From an uncultured Gammaproteobacteria bacterium (lineage in GTDB: Bacteria; Patescibacteriota; Microgenomatia; Daviesbacterales; UBA10151), in the NCBI GenBank assembly GCA_964405655.1, contig CAYOOO010000004.1, forward strand, positions 9,013-73,012: a stretch of 64,000 nt of DNA, read 5' to 3'. A model generated the notes under the pieces. It made no database searches. It saw only the letters and a list, made by a program, of their open reading frames with translations, and had not been told where the DNA came from. Positions within the stretch are counted from its first letter, which is position 1. Each line of letters opens with the position of its first letter. The translations under genes and the position numbers were made by a program. Below, one piece after another: positions 9,461-17,476 of the stretch.

Positions 9461-10396
9461 TTATCTTGTCTTAGAAAAGTAGTCAAAAACTTCCTTAGAA
9501 ATATCTGCTAAAAGCTCAACTGCCTCATCCTCATACTTAACATTACTACTCATAAGAACAATTAAATAAGGCTCATTATCCAAAAAAACAATCCCTGCAT
9601 CATGTCTCAGTTTAGATAGTTCAGCAGTTTTATGGGCAATTTTAATATCTTTGGGTAGTTTAGCGGGAATACGATTGTTAAGCCGAGAACTAGATAAAAG
9701 TTCTATTAATTTTTCAGAGGTTTTTTCTGAAACAATTTCTTTTTTGTATAACTTCTCAAAAAAGAGTGTAATATCTGAGGCGTTGGTTGAGATCGGGTCC
9801 TTGATAGTAGTTGACTCTGCGCCAATCATATTAGCCTGCTTTTGAATATTATCCCAGCCTACTTTTTCTGCCAGTAGAATAGACGCATAATTATCTGAAA
9901 GGGTTGCTACACGGGTTAAAGCATCTGATACTGAGTAACTAATTTCATCTCCTTCACTACTGTCATAACCAAACTCCTCAAAACCTAACACATCTTTAAG
10001 ATGGTTTATGGAGGAAGTTAAAACCTGATCCTCTCTAAGTTTTCCCTCTTCAACCTGTTTAAGTGTTGCTGCCATCAGAAAAAGCTTATAAAGCGAGCCT
10101 GAAGGTAGGACCTTTTTTTCATTTAGCGAGTAATGGAGCTTTGATCCTGAACTTAATCCTTTTACAACTATTGCATATTCCCCCACTTGACCATCTAGTT
10201 TTTGTCTGATAATTCTGGCGAGTTTTGGATCTTGAAAGTTAAAACTAAAGGATTTTGAGAAATCAAAAAAACCAACCAGCCCAAGTCTGCCTGCTGATTT
10301 AGGCAGCAGATTAAACTCTAAAAGCAGTTTTGAATAGATTACAAAGTTGATTACTAAAAGCACAGCAATAGTTGCAACTTGAGCAGAGTGTTTCAT
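9461..10396 (-). CDS. Class A beta-lactamase-like serine hydrolase
   Basis: SxxK (SLYK), SDN (TLSDNYAS) and KTx (HKTAE) motifs in canonical order and spacing. N-terminal signal/anchor. Confidence 0.5.
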   Translation of the reverse strand: MKHSAQVATIAVLLVINFVIYSKLLLEFNLLPKSAGRLGLVGFFDFSKSFSFNFQDPKLARIIRQKLDGQVGEYAIVVKGLSSGSKLHYSLNEKKVLPSGSLYKLFLMAATLKQVEEGKLREDQVLTSSINHLKDVLGFEEFGYDSSEGDEISYSVSDALTRVATLSDNYASILLAEKVGWDNIQKQANMIGAESTTIKDPISTNASDITLFFEKLYKKEIVSEKTSEKLIELLSSSRLNNRIPAKLPKDIKIAHKTAELSKLRHDAGIVFLDNEPYLIVLMSSNVKYEDEAVELLADISKEVFDYFSKTR

Positions 10397-10462
10397 CTTA
10401 AGCAGTCTTAATTATATTACTAGAATTACTTGAGAATGACCAAGGGGTTAACAGCAATGTCT

Positions 10463-11590
10463 TTACTTTAAGATTGCTAATGGATTTACAGCTATGTCCT
10501 TATAGTGAACTTCAAAGTGTAAATGAGTACCTGTAGAGCGGCCAGAGGAGCCCATTTGACCGATGGCTTGACCCTGGGAAACAGTTTGACCATTTGAAAC
10601 ATAGATATTTGATAAATGAGCATAAAGGGTTCTGTAACCATTGCCATGGTCGATGACTACCCTATTTCCATAACCATAGTTATCAGGCCAACCAGCCACT
10701 ACTACTGTTCCACTATCTGCTGCTACTATTGTTGGAGCAGACTTATTAGGAATATCTATCCCAGGATGATACCAGGAGAAATACTGCGAGAGACCCCCGC
10801 TGGTAGGCCAAATAAAACTGCCACCACCTGGGGCACTAAAGGCAGGTGAAGTTGGTCCTTGAGCTAAGTATTGAGGCTGGGGTCTTCTAGAGGGTGGGGC
10901 TTTGACTTCAGGAGGAACACCATCCGGAACAATTAAAACTTGACCTACTTTTAGTTTAAAATCATCAGGAATATCGTTAAATGGAAAATCTACAATTCCT
11001 TGAGATTCAGCAGAATATTTTTTGGCTACAGATTCTAAAGTATCACCTTCTTTCACTGTGTGAGCTACGCCTGATACAGGCAGAATCTTGAGTTTTTGCC
11101 CAGGTTTTATATTGTTAACTGACTGCAGGTTATTTGCCCATTTTAATGTTTCAATTGAGATATTAAATTTTTGAGCAATTTCAGAAGCTGTTTCACCGCT
11201 TTTTACTTCATATTCAATAATTTCAGAGCGGGGTTTTTGAGACACTAAGGTTTGTAAGTCTTGTAGAGAATTAACACTAACCCCTGATGCATAAGGATCA
11301 AAAGTTTGAATCAACCTTGGATCCTGTCCGCCAATCCCTGGAAAAGATGAGGAAAGAACCGATTCACCTCCAAATACCCCCGAGGTGAGTATTCCTATAG
11401 AGGCTAAGCCAACCATAGAAGTATGCCAGACGCTCTTTTGAAACTTACCTCGCTTCAACATCAAAAGCTCAACGGAAATGTTCTTAAACTGTTCAAACTT
11501 GTAGACAATTCTTTTTGTCTTACGGGAATGGTAGATAACTAAGAATTTAAAAAGAGACTTGAAGTCATCTGCGACGGAATTCACAACCAA
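10463..11590 (-). CDS. LysM-domain peptidase M23 (peptidoglycan endopeptidase)
   Basis: Two LysM-like segments (YEVKSGETASEIAQKF, HTVKEGDTLESVAKKY) and a C-terminal M23 signature HPGIDI...HLHFEV. Confidence 0.75.
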   Translation of the reverse strand: MVVNSVADDFKSLFKFLVIYHSRKTKRIVYKFEQFKNISVELLMLKRGKFQKSVWHTSMVGLASIGILTSGVFGGESVLSSSFPGIGGQDPRLIQTFDPYASGVSVNSLQDLQTLVSQKPRSEIIEYEVKSGETASEIAQKFNISIETLKWANNLQSVNNIKPGQKLKILPVSGVAHTVKEGDTLESVAKKYSAESQGIVDFPFNDIPDDFKLKVGQVLIVPDGVPPEVKAPPSRRPQPQYLAQGPTSPAFSAPGGGSFIWPTSGGLSQYFSWYHPGIDIPNKSAPTIVAADSGTVVVAGWPDNYGYGNRVVIDHGNGYRTLYAHLSNIYVSNGQTVSQGQAIGQMGSSGRSTGTHLHFEVHYKDIAVNPLAILK

Positions 11591-11671
11591 CTATTTTAAC
11601 AGATTAATTCCAGGGGCTGTCAAATTTTACTTCCCCGCCAATGGCGTGAGGCAAGGTTCTTTGAAAGGTCC

Positions 11672-12958
11672 TTACTTGACGTCTTTGAGCGAAGTTAAGA
11701 ACTCTAAATTATTATCAGTTTTAGAAAGTCTTTCTAAAAAGACCTCTGTTCTTTCTGAATCATTTAAGATACCGAGCATTCTTCTCATGATCACTATCTG
11801 TTTGTAAAGTTCCTCAGGGAAAAGCAACTGCTCTTGTCTGGTACTTGAGGCTTCTATATCAATTGCGGGATAGGTTCTTCTCTCAGCCAGACCCCTATCC
11901 AGATGAAGCTCCATATTGCCAGTACCTTTAAATTCCTCATAAATCAAATCATCCATTCTGGAACCAGTATCAACTAAAGCTGTACCAATAATAGTTAGCG
12001 ATCCACCTTCTTCACAGTTTCTGGCTGCCCCAAAAAAGTGCTTAGGAGGATATAAAGCAACAGGATCAAAACCACCTGAAAGTGTTCTGCCAGAGGGTGG
12101 AACTACTAAGTTATAAGCCCGGCCCAATCTGGTGATAGAATCCAGTAGGATAACTACATCTTTCCCCTCTTCTACCAGTCGTTTTGCCCTTTCTAGGGCT
12201 ATTTCTGCAGCTCTGGTCTGATTTTCTGCTGGTTCATCAAAGTTAGAGGCAATTACATCTCCTTTAATACTTCTTGAGATATCAGTTACCTCCTCAGGTC
12301 TTTCCCCTACTAAAACTGCCATTAAGATTACATCAGGGTGATTTTTAGCAATGCCTGAGGCAATATCTTTTAAGATAGTAGTTTTACCAGCCTTGGGAGG
12401 AGAAACTACTAAACCTCTTTGACCAAAACCAATTGGGGCTACTAGATCAATTACTCTTTGAGAGAGAGGGTGCTTACCAGTCTCCAATTTAATCTGTTTG
12501 TTAGGATAGATCGCTGTTAGATCTTCAAACTTAACCCTTTTAACCCTACCGCCGTTTTCAGAAACTAGCTTCTCAGCATCTTTACCATTAACAGTTTTTA
12601 CCTGAAGCAGACCAAAGTAACGCTCGTTTTCTTTAGGTTGCCTGGCTCCGCCTTCAATAAAATCTCCCTCTCTTAAGTTGAATCGTCTAATCTGGCTAGC
12701 TGAGATGTAAACATCTCTATCTGATGGGATAAATTTTGGTCTTAAGAACCCATGCCCTTCAGGCATAATATCCAAATAGCCTGCTACTTCCTCAGTCGGT
12801 ACATCTCTCATCTGCTCGGTTGGTCTCCTGTATCTAGGTACTTGATCTCCACTATCTTCTGATTCTGATCTTTGTCCCACTAGATCCTCAGCCTCCAAGG
12901 TTTTAGTGCTATCTGTATCTGAAGAAGTTTTAGGTTTAAACGAGCGTGTATTTGCCAT
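11672..12958 (-). CDS. rho: Transcription termination factor Rho
   Basis: Near-identical core to known Rho: PEGHGFLR, ASQIRRFNLREGD, Walker A GQRGLVVSPPKAGKTT, RPEEVT, GGSLTIIGTALVDTGSRMD, EFKGTGNMELHLDR. The N-terminal ~45 aa is a Ser/Asp/Glu-rich disordered segment instead of the usual helix bundle. Confidence 0.9.
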   Translation of the reverse strand: MANTRSFKPKTSSDTDSTKTLEAEDLVGQRSESEDSGDQVPRYRRPTEQMRDVPTEEVAGYLDIMPEGHGFLRPKFIPSDRDVYISASQIRRFNLREGDFIEGGARQPKENERYFGLLQVKTVNGKDAEKLVSENGGRVKRVKFEDLTAIYPNKQIKLETGKHPLSQRVIDLVAPIGFGQRGLVVSPPKAGKTTILKDIASGIAKNHPDVILMAVLVGERPEEVTDISRSIKGDVIASNFDEPAENQTRAAEIALERAKRLVEEGKDVVILLDSITRLGRAYNLVVPPSGRTLSGGFDPVALYPPKHFFGAARNCEEGGSLTIIGTALVDTGSRMDDLIYEEFKGTGNMELHLDRGLAERRTYPAIDIEASSTRQEQLLFPEELYKQIVIMRRMLGILNDSERTEVFLERLSKTDNNLEFLTSLKDVK

Positions 12959-13117
12959 AGTTTTGGAATATTAAAAAGTAAAGATTAAAAACATCTAGAA
13001 AATTTAACTATTTTTGAATTTTGTTCTGTCTATTTTGATTTTTGATATTTTACCTTTTGATCGTGATTTGGGAAAACGTTAGAGGTTTAACGTAGCCTAA
13101 TTGAACCATACCATCTC

Positions 13118-14314
13118 TTACCTGTCAAGAGCGAACTGTCTCTCTTCCCAAATGAAATTGGCAGTGAAAGAATCTTTGTCTAACCTACCAAATTTTCTTA
13201 ACCTCAAACCAAGAGGCAGTAATCCTCCAAGTAAGGCACCGGCAAAAGGTAAACCAGTTTTAGGAAGTTCTTGAACCTTAGTATCGCCAGCTGCCATGAC
13301 TACTCTTGGTTGAGCTTGAGTTGTCACTACTCTCTCTACAGGAACCTCTCTAACTGTTTCCCTGACAACAGGGATCTCTCTTATCACGGTTTCCGGTGAA
13401 GGCTGGGGGAAATTAATTGTTTGTTCTTGACGTTGGCTATTTCTTATATTATTGGTGACTGAAGCAGAACTTCTGCTTGAGCTCGAACTATTACTTGAGG
13501 AGCTAGCTCTTCCACCCTCTGCCCTGACATCAATATTGATAGGTTGTGACTGTGGAAAAGGACCACTACCAGCTCTCTCTGCTTGCTGAGGTCTTGATGG
13601 TTGAGTTGGCTGTGATGGTTGTCCTGGAAATGGACCTGAACCAGGCTGTGGGCCAGCTTGTGGTCTTGGTGGAACAGGTGAGGTCTGAGATGAACCCCTG
13701 CCTGGGAAATCAAAGTCGCCTCCAGCTGGACCAGAACCTCCTGGAAATGGACCTGAACCAGGCTGTGGGCCACCATCAGCTGTTTGATTCCACCAATCTG
13801 TAGTGGGTTCAGTTTGGCCTTGGAAAAAATCAGAGGCCTCATCACCTGCTGTTTGATTCCACCAATCTGTAGTTGGATTTTGCTCACCCTGGAAGAAATC
13901 AGAGGCTGTGTTTTCCCACTGATTATCTTGTGGGCCAGTATCTGCTCCTTGATAGTCTATTGGTGGTTGCCAATCCCAGGTTGAACCTGCCGGTTGGTCA
14001 CCATCAGCTGTTTGATTCCACCAATCTGTAGTGGGTCCTTGGGTTGACTGAGAAAAATCTGAACCTGTATTTTCCCATTGATTATCTTGCGGACCTGTAT
14101 CTGCTCCTGTATACCAGTTATTACCGCTGTTACTATCAGTTGGATTCCACCAATCATCTTCTTGGGCATGAGCTGAGGTAGGTCCTTTTTGAAGAAAACC
14201 CCCAATAAGAGCTTGCTGAGTTCCAAAAGTTAGCATTAGGATAGTTAAACCAACTAAAAAGTAGTTTTTGAATCTTTTCCAATATAGACTAGTAAGAAGA
14301 GTTCTGAAGTTCAT
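13118..14314 (-). CDS. Secreted repeat-containing surface protein with LPKTG-type C-terminal sorting signal
   Basis: N-terminal signal/TM, 4-5 repeats of TDWWNQTA(D/G), a Pro/Gly/Ser/Gln-rich linker, then VQELPKTG + hydrophobic LPFAGALLGGLLPLGL + RLRKFGR. Confidence 0.6.
   Translation of the reverse strand: MNFRTLLTSLYWKRFKNYFLVGLTILMLTFGTQQALIGGFLQKGPTSAHAQEDDWWNPTDSNSGNNWYTGADTGPQDNQWENTGSDFSQSTQGPTTDWWNQTADGDQPAGSTWDWQPPIDYQGADTGPQDNQWENTASDFFQGEQNPTTDWWNQTAGDEASDFFQGQTEPTTDWWNQTADGGPQPGSGPFPGGSGPAGGDFDFPGRGSSQTSPVPPRPQAGPQPGSGPFPGQPSQPTQPSRPQQAERAGSGPFPQSQPINIDVRAEGGRASSSSNSSSSSRSSASVTNNIRNSQRQEQTINFPQPSPETVIREIPVVRETVREVPVERVVTTQAQPRVVMAAGDTKVQELPKTGLPFAGALLGGLLPLGLRLRKFGRLDKDSFTANFIWEERQFALDR
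13620..14170. repeat. Intragenic tandem DNA repeats (coding repeats of the LPKTG protein)
   Basis: Near-identical blocks ggaaatggacctgaaccaggctgtgggcca (13626 and 13743) and ccatcagctgtttgattccaccaatctgtagtgggt (13772, about 13848, 14001). Confidence 0.7.
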
Positions 14315-14362
14315 ATGTTTTTAGCTCCTTTAAGTTAAGAGTTACCAATCGCGGTTTTTCTC

Positions 14363-15421
14363 TTAAGGGTAATAAGGAGGGGTAGCCCTTCTTCGTCTGA
14401 TAAAAGCCCAAACGGCTGCACCAGCCGCAGCAACGGCTGCTACACCAGCGGCAACCCAAGCCCAACCAGGAATTTCTGGACCTCTACCTGTACCTCCTCC
14501 TGGAGGAGTAACAGTTGGTGTTGGTCTGGCTGGCATACCCAGTTCTTGAGCGCGCTTATTAGCAGCGTCTCTTAGAGCCTGAGTAGCTGCAGAAGGTGTA
14601 GCCTCTGCTGGAGGATTTGATTTTAATGGGGTCATACCTTTAGGAGCTTGCTCAGGTTTAACAGGTTGATCCTTAGGATGAATAACCTCTGCTACATTGG
14701 TTTTCTTTGCACACTCCATAGGATTCAGCTTGGCGTTATAACCATTATCTAAAGACTCAACGCTAGCACCTTCTAAGTGTCGGCCGTCAGCACTATTAGC
14801 TTTGGCCATAACTTGAACTATTTCCCCTCCAGAGCTCATTTCCACTCCATGACCTTGTGGGTTACTGACAAAGGTCAATCCTCTGGTAGAGCCTACTTTT
14901 CTGTAAACTGTTTTTCCACCCTCTTGAGATTGTTTATAAACATCAACATCCATTGGGAAGCTGACAAATGCTCTTCTCCAATTACCATTAACTCTATATT
15001 CAAGCTGTAAAGGACATTGCTCTTTAAAATTTAATGGGGCTCTAGTGGGGGCTGCAGTTGGAGCAGCTGGTTGTTTAGCAGCTTGAGCTGAAACAGTATC
15101 AGGTGATCCTAAGAATAAAGCAGCTAGTCCTGCAGCAGCAACAGAAGTCCCTGCAACTCTGGCAAATCTGCCTCTGCTTTGTCTTCTTCTAATAGATATC
15201 GGAGTTGGTTCTGAGGCATGAGCAGCAACTATTACACTGCCTGATATAACATCATCTAATACTTGGGCAAATTTTTGTTCTGGGGTTAAAGCTTGATAAG
15301 CCCTTTCTGCAACACGGGCATCCCAAGGTTGTAGTTCTGTCTCTGTTATTGGTTGTGCGGCTGTTCTTTCGGTCATATGATTTTGACTGCAAATTATACT
15401 ATGAGATATCTTAAAAGTCAA
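14363..15421 (-). CDS. Hypothetical protein with C-terminal PEIPG + TM + RRRR anchor; compositionally GC-rich
   Basis: 352 aa. An internal RRRQSRGRFARVAGTSVAAAGLAALFLG segment is Tat- or TM-like. C-terminus GPEIPGWAWVAAGVAAVAAAGAAVWAFIRRRR. Ala/Pro-rich; the DNA is visibly GC-richer than its surroundings. Confidence 0.5.
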   Translation of the reverse strand: MTFKISHSIICSQNHMTERTAAQPITETELQPWDARVAERAYQALTPEQKFAQVLDDVISGSVIVAAHASEPTPISIRRRQSRGRFARVAGTSVAAAGLAALFLGSPDTVSAQAAKQPAAPTAAPTRAPLNFKEQCPLQLEYRVNGNWRRAFVSFPMDVDVYKQSQEGGKTVYRKVGSTRGLTFVSNPQGHGVEMSSGGEIVQVMAKANSADGRHLEGASVESLDNGYNAKLNPMECAKKTNVAEVIHPKDQPVKPEQAPKGMTPLKSNPPAEATPSAATQALRDAANKRAQELGMPARPTPTVTPPGGGTGRGPEIPGWAWVAAGVAAVAAAGAAVWAFIRRRRATPPYYP

Positions 15422-15608
15422 ATTAGAGCTATGTAAGAAAAATCTCTAATCTGATTTTCAATCAGTACAGTATTATAGGTCCTTTTTATATAATTGTCAA
15501 TGGTCTATTTTAGCTTCATTTTCTTCTATATATTATTATGCTATGAGAAATTTTCAACAATTACTATAGAAAAGCAAAATTACTAGAGGATATATATAAA
15601 TGTAGTTT

Positions 15609-15617
15609 TGTGGATAA
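15609..15617 (+). promoter_or_regulatory. Perfect DnaA-box consensus 9-mer TGTGGATAA (complement TTATCCACA)
   Basis: Exact match to the DnaA box consensus inside a ~900-bp AT-rich non-coding region. Part of a 12-mer TTTGTGGATAAC that is repeated at 16316. Confidence 0.4.
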
Positions 15618-15767
15618 CCTATCAGTAGTGGTGGAAAAGTAGCAAGATAAACCTCTTATACATAAAATCTAATGGGAAAGTATAAAGCTTAACCGGACTA
15701 TTTCGTAGAAAAACTTATTGTAAAAGACTGAAGTGATATCTGAATCTGTCCGAAAACTGATGACCAA

Positions 15768-15806
15768 CATTGGAGACTAGTCCCTGCCCTAGACTAGTCT
15801 CCAATG
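15768..15806. repeat. Perfect inverted repeat (14-bp arms, 11-nt spacer)
   Basis: cattggagactagt / ccctgccctag / actagtctccaatg. Confidence 0.8.
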
Positions 15807-15858
15807 TCAATCACCAATCCAAGCCACTAATTCCTCCAATAAAATTACCTCTTGACAA

Positions 15859-15883
15859 GATCTAGAATTTATGAAATTCTAGA
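15859..15883. promoter_or_regulatory. Perfect 11-3-11 palindrome (operator-like), 2 bp downstream of a TTGACA hexamer
   Basis: atctagaattt-atg-aaattctagat. TTGACA lies at 15851-15856. Confidence 0.5.
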
Positions 15884-15886
15884 TAG

Positions 15887-15924
15887 TGAAAATATGATTT
15901 TTTCTGCTCTAAAATCATATTTTC
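15887..15924. repeat. Perfect inverted repeat (14-bp AT-rich arms, 10-nt spacer)
   Basis: gaaaatatgatttt / tttctgctct / aaaatcatattttc. Confidence 0.7.
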
Positions 15925-15930
15925 GTAATT

Positions 15931-15985
15931 AATAAAAAGGGCATTGCTATTCGAGTCCGTCTGCGGTAGTAATGCTCTTTTTTGT
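15931..15985. terminator. Putative bidirectional intrinsic terminator
   Basis: Stem gcattgcta...tagtaatgc (8 of 9 bp paired) followed by tcttttttg on the + strand. On the - strand the same hairpin is followed by cctttttatt. It abuts the stop of the 15988..16197 ORF. Confidence 0.5.
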
Positions 15986-15987
15986 GC

Positions 15988-16197
15988 TTAATTTCTGACC
16001 ATCAATATTAATCTTTGATCAGCATTGGAAAAAATCTTCTTAACTTGAGCATCTGCATCAGTAGCTGAAGCTCTAGCTACTTTTCTGCTCTCTCGTCTTC
16101 TACTGTCTTTTTTAAGGTTTAAATTAATCATTTTTGGGTTCTCTGAAAACATAGCATAACAAAAACTATTTGTCAAGATTTTAAAAACCCATAGCAT
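15988..16197 (-). CDS. Possible small basic protein (69 aa), uncertain
   Basis: ORF ending exactly at the terminator hairpin. Basic, with no homology recognised; could be non-coding. Confidence 0.2.
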   Translation of the reverse strand: MLWVFKILTNSFCYAMFSENPKMINLNLKKDSRRRESRKVARASATDADAQVKKIFSNADQRLILMVRN

Positions 16198-16317
16198 AAA
16201 CTAACAGTTTTTTTCTATAACCTAGAGTATTATAAAGAGGATATCAGGCTCAATTTAGACTGCTACAACAATCTAAATACGAAGGATATTTTCGCTTTTG
16301 CACAAATAAAAAAGCTT

Positions 16318-16326
16318 TGTGGATAA
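16318..16326 (+). promoter_or_regulatory. Second perfect DnaA-box consensus 9-mer TGTGGATAA
   Basis: Exact 9-mer in the same orientation as the first, 2 bp from the end of the 16329..17156 gene. Confidence 0.4.
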
Positions 16327-16328
16327 CT

Positions 16329-17156
16329 TTAAAAAGGTTCTGCTGAGTTAAAAGCCATATAATTGGCAGCTTCTGGATCTAACTCTCTTAAGACCCTGTC
16401 TAGATTTTCATTATCTGGCCGAAATCTTTCTTCAAAGCTTGGTCTGTAGGCTGAAATGCTGGTTCGGCCATTCACCCAAGCCCAAGAAACAGGCTTAAAA
16501 ATATTTACTTCAAACTGACCAGTTGCGCGATTAAACCTACGAAGGCCTCCATACCAGTTGGGCGCGTATTGAACTACTATTCCTGCTCCAGCTGCCAAAT
16601 TTGCTGCTACTTGAGCACTGTTAGTATAGTAGTAAGGAAAATCTCCTGAATGTTTGAGTGCTAATATCCCTACCCTAACAGGAGTAAACCTAAAAGGAGC
16701 TGGTTCCGAAGCTGCAGCGTTACCAACTGGAGCACAATAACCTTCAGAGGCTACTCTCTGCGGATCACCACCATAAGTATTAATAATATAATTAGCAATA
16801 TAAGCAGCCTCTTCTTGCAAATGGGTTCTGCCTCCAGTCAGGCGGTCATGCCACCAGGCTGCTTGTCCATCAGCATGAAGTTGAGGTTGTCCCCCATAGC
16901 CAAAGTGAGAAAACCACCAAGGAGGAAGCCATAAGTCTCTTCCTACCACCATAGCTGATTGAGCTCGAACAACAACTGGTCTGGTAGCTTCCCTGCCTAA
17001 AGCTGCAGCTAAAGCTAGCGTACCTGCTACTCTAACTAATCTTTCAGCTGCCTGTCTTCTAGGGGTTTTATCTGAAGAAAATCCTTGGGCCAATTCAATT
17101 AACATAATTAATTTGGAAATTATAACACTATGGGTCTTTAGTGTCAAAGAGAACAC
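16329..17156 (-). CDS. Hypothetical exported protein (Tat-like signal), GC-rich composition
   Basis: 275 aa with a PRRQAAERLVRVAGTLALAAALG signal-like segment. Trp/Tyr/Gly-rich mature part. GC-richer codon usage than its neighbours. Confidence 0.45.
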   Translation of the reverse strand: MFSLTLKTHSVIISKLIMLIELAQGFSSDKTPRRQAAERLVRVAGTLALAAALGREATRPVVVRAQSAMVVGRDLWLPPWWFSHFGYGGQPQLHADGQAAWWHDRLTGGRTHLQEEAAYIANYIINTYGGDPQRVASEGYCAPVGNAAASEPAPFRFTPVRVGILALKHSGDFPYYYTNSAQVAANLAAGAGIVVQYAPNWYGGLRRFNRATGQFEVNIFKPVSWAWVNGRTSISAYRPSFEERFRPDNENLDRVLRELDPEAANYMAFNSAEPF

Positions 17157-17158
17157 CT

Positions 17159-17434
17159 TTACCCGTTACAAACAGGACACATTCCTTTATTAAACTTAAG
17201 AGAAAATATAGCTAAGAAAACTGAAAATACAGAGTTAACTAAGATTCCTGCGCTAATAATAAAAGTTGGGTAAGATAATATAATATTTTGGGTATTAGCG
17301 CCTGGCTTGTAAAACATCACTCCCAAAAGCGCTAAGAAAACACCAAGAGTTATCTTGACTATCCGATCCATAAGTGTCATAAGGATAGTTATTAAATAGT
17401 GATAAAGATCATGTTTTTTCCTAACAAAAGGCAT
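17159..17434 (-). CDS. Small membrane protein with C-terminal CPVCNG
   Basis: 91 aa with 2-3 TM helices, immediately upstream (2-bp gap) of the 275-aa gene. Confidence 0.3.
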   Translation of the reverse strand: MPFVRKKHDLYHYLITILMTLMDRIVKITLGVFLALLGVMFYKPGANTQNIILSYPTFIISAGILVNSVFSVFLAIFSLKFNKGMCPVCNG

Positions 17435-17476
17435 ATCTTTTAAAAGCAGTATTTATACTAATATACTAAACAGAAA

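Noticed and set aside
13620-14170. Possible CRISPR array because of regularly spaced DNA repeats
   Set aside because: The repeats are in-frame coding repeats of a surface protein, with variable spacing and no unique spacers. No cas genes are nearby.
13444-14226. Four ORFs (147, 85, 66, 89 aa) on both strands overlapping the LPKTG-protein gene
   Set aside because: They lie within or antisense to a well-supported 398-aa CDS. Their periodic sequences are just alternative-frame readings of the tandem coding repeats.
15851-15880. Sigma70-type promoter (TTGACA at 15851)
   Set aside because: The -35 hexamer is perfect, but no acceptable -10 at 16-19 bp spacing (aattct / attcta). It is kept only as context for the palindrome, not called as a promoter.
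14363-17156. Mobile genetic element / genomic island call for the GC-rich segment
   Set aside because: No integrase, transposase, recombinase or terminal inverted repeats were recognised. Only compositional evidence exists, so it is reported as a finding rather than a mobile_element feature.
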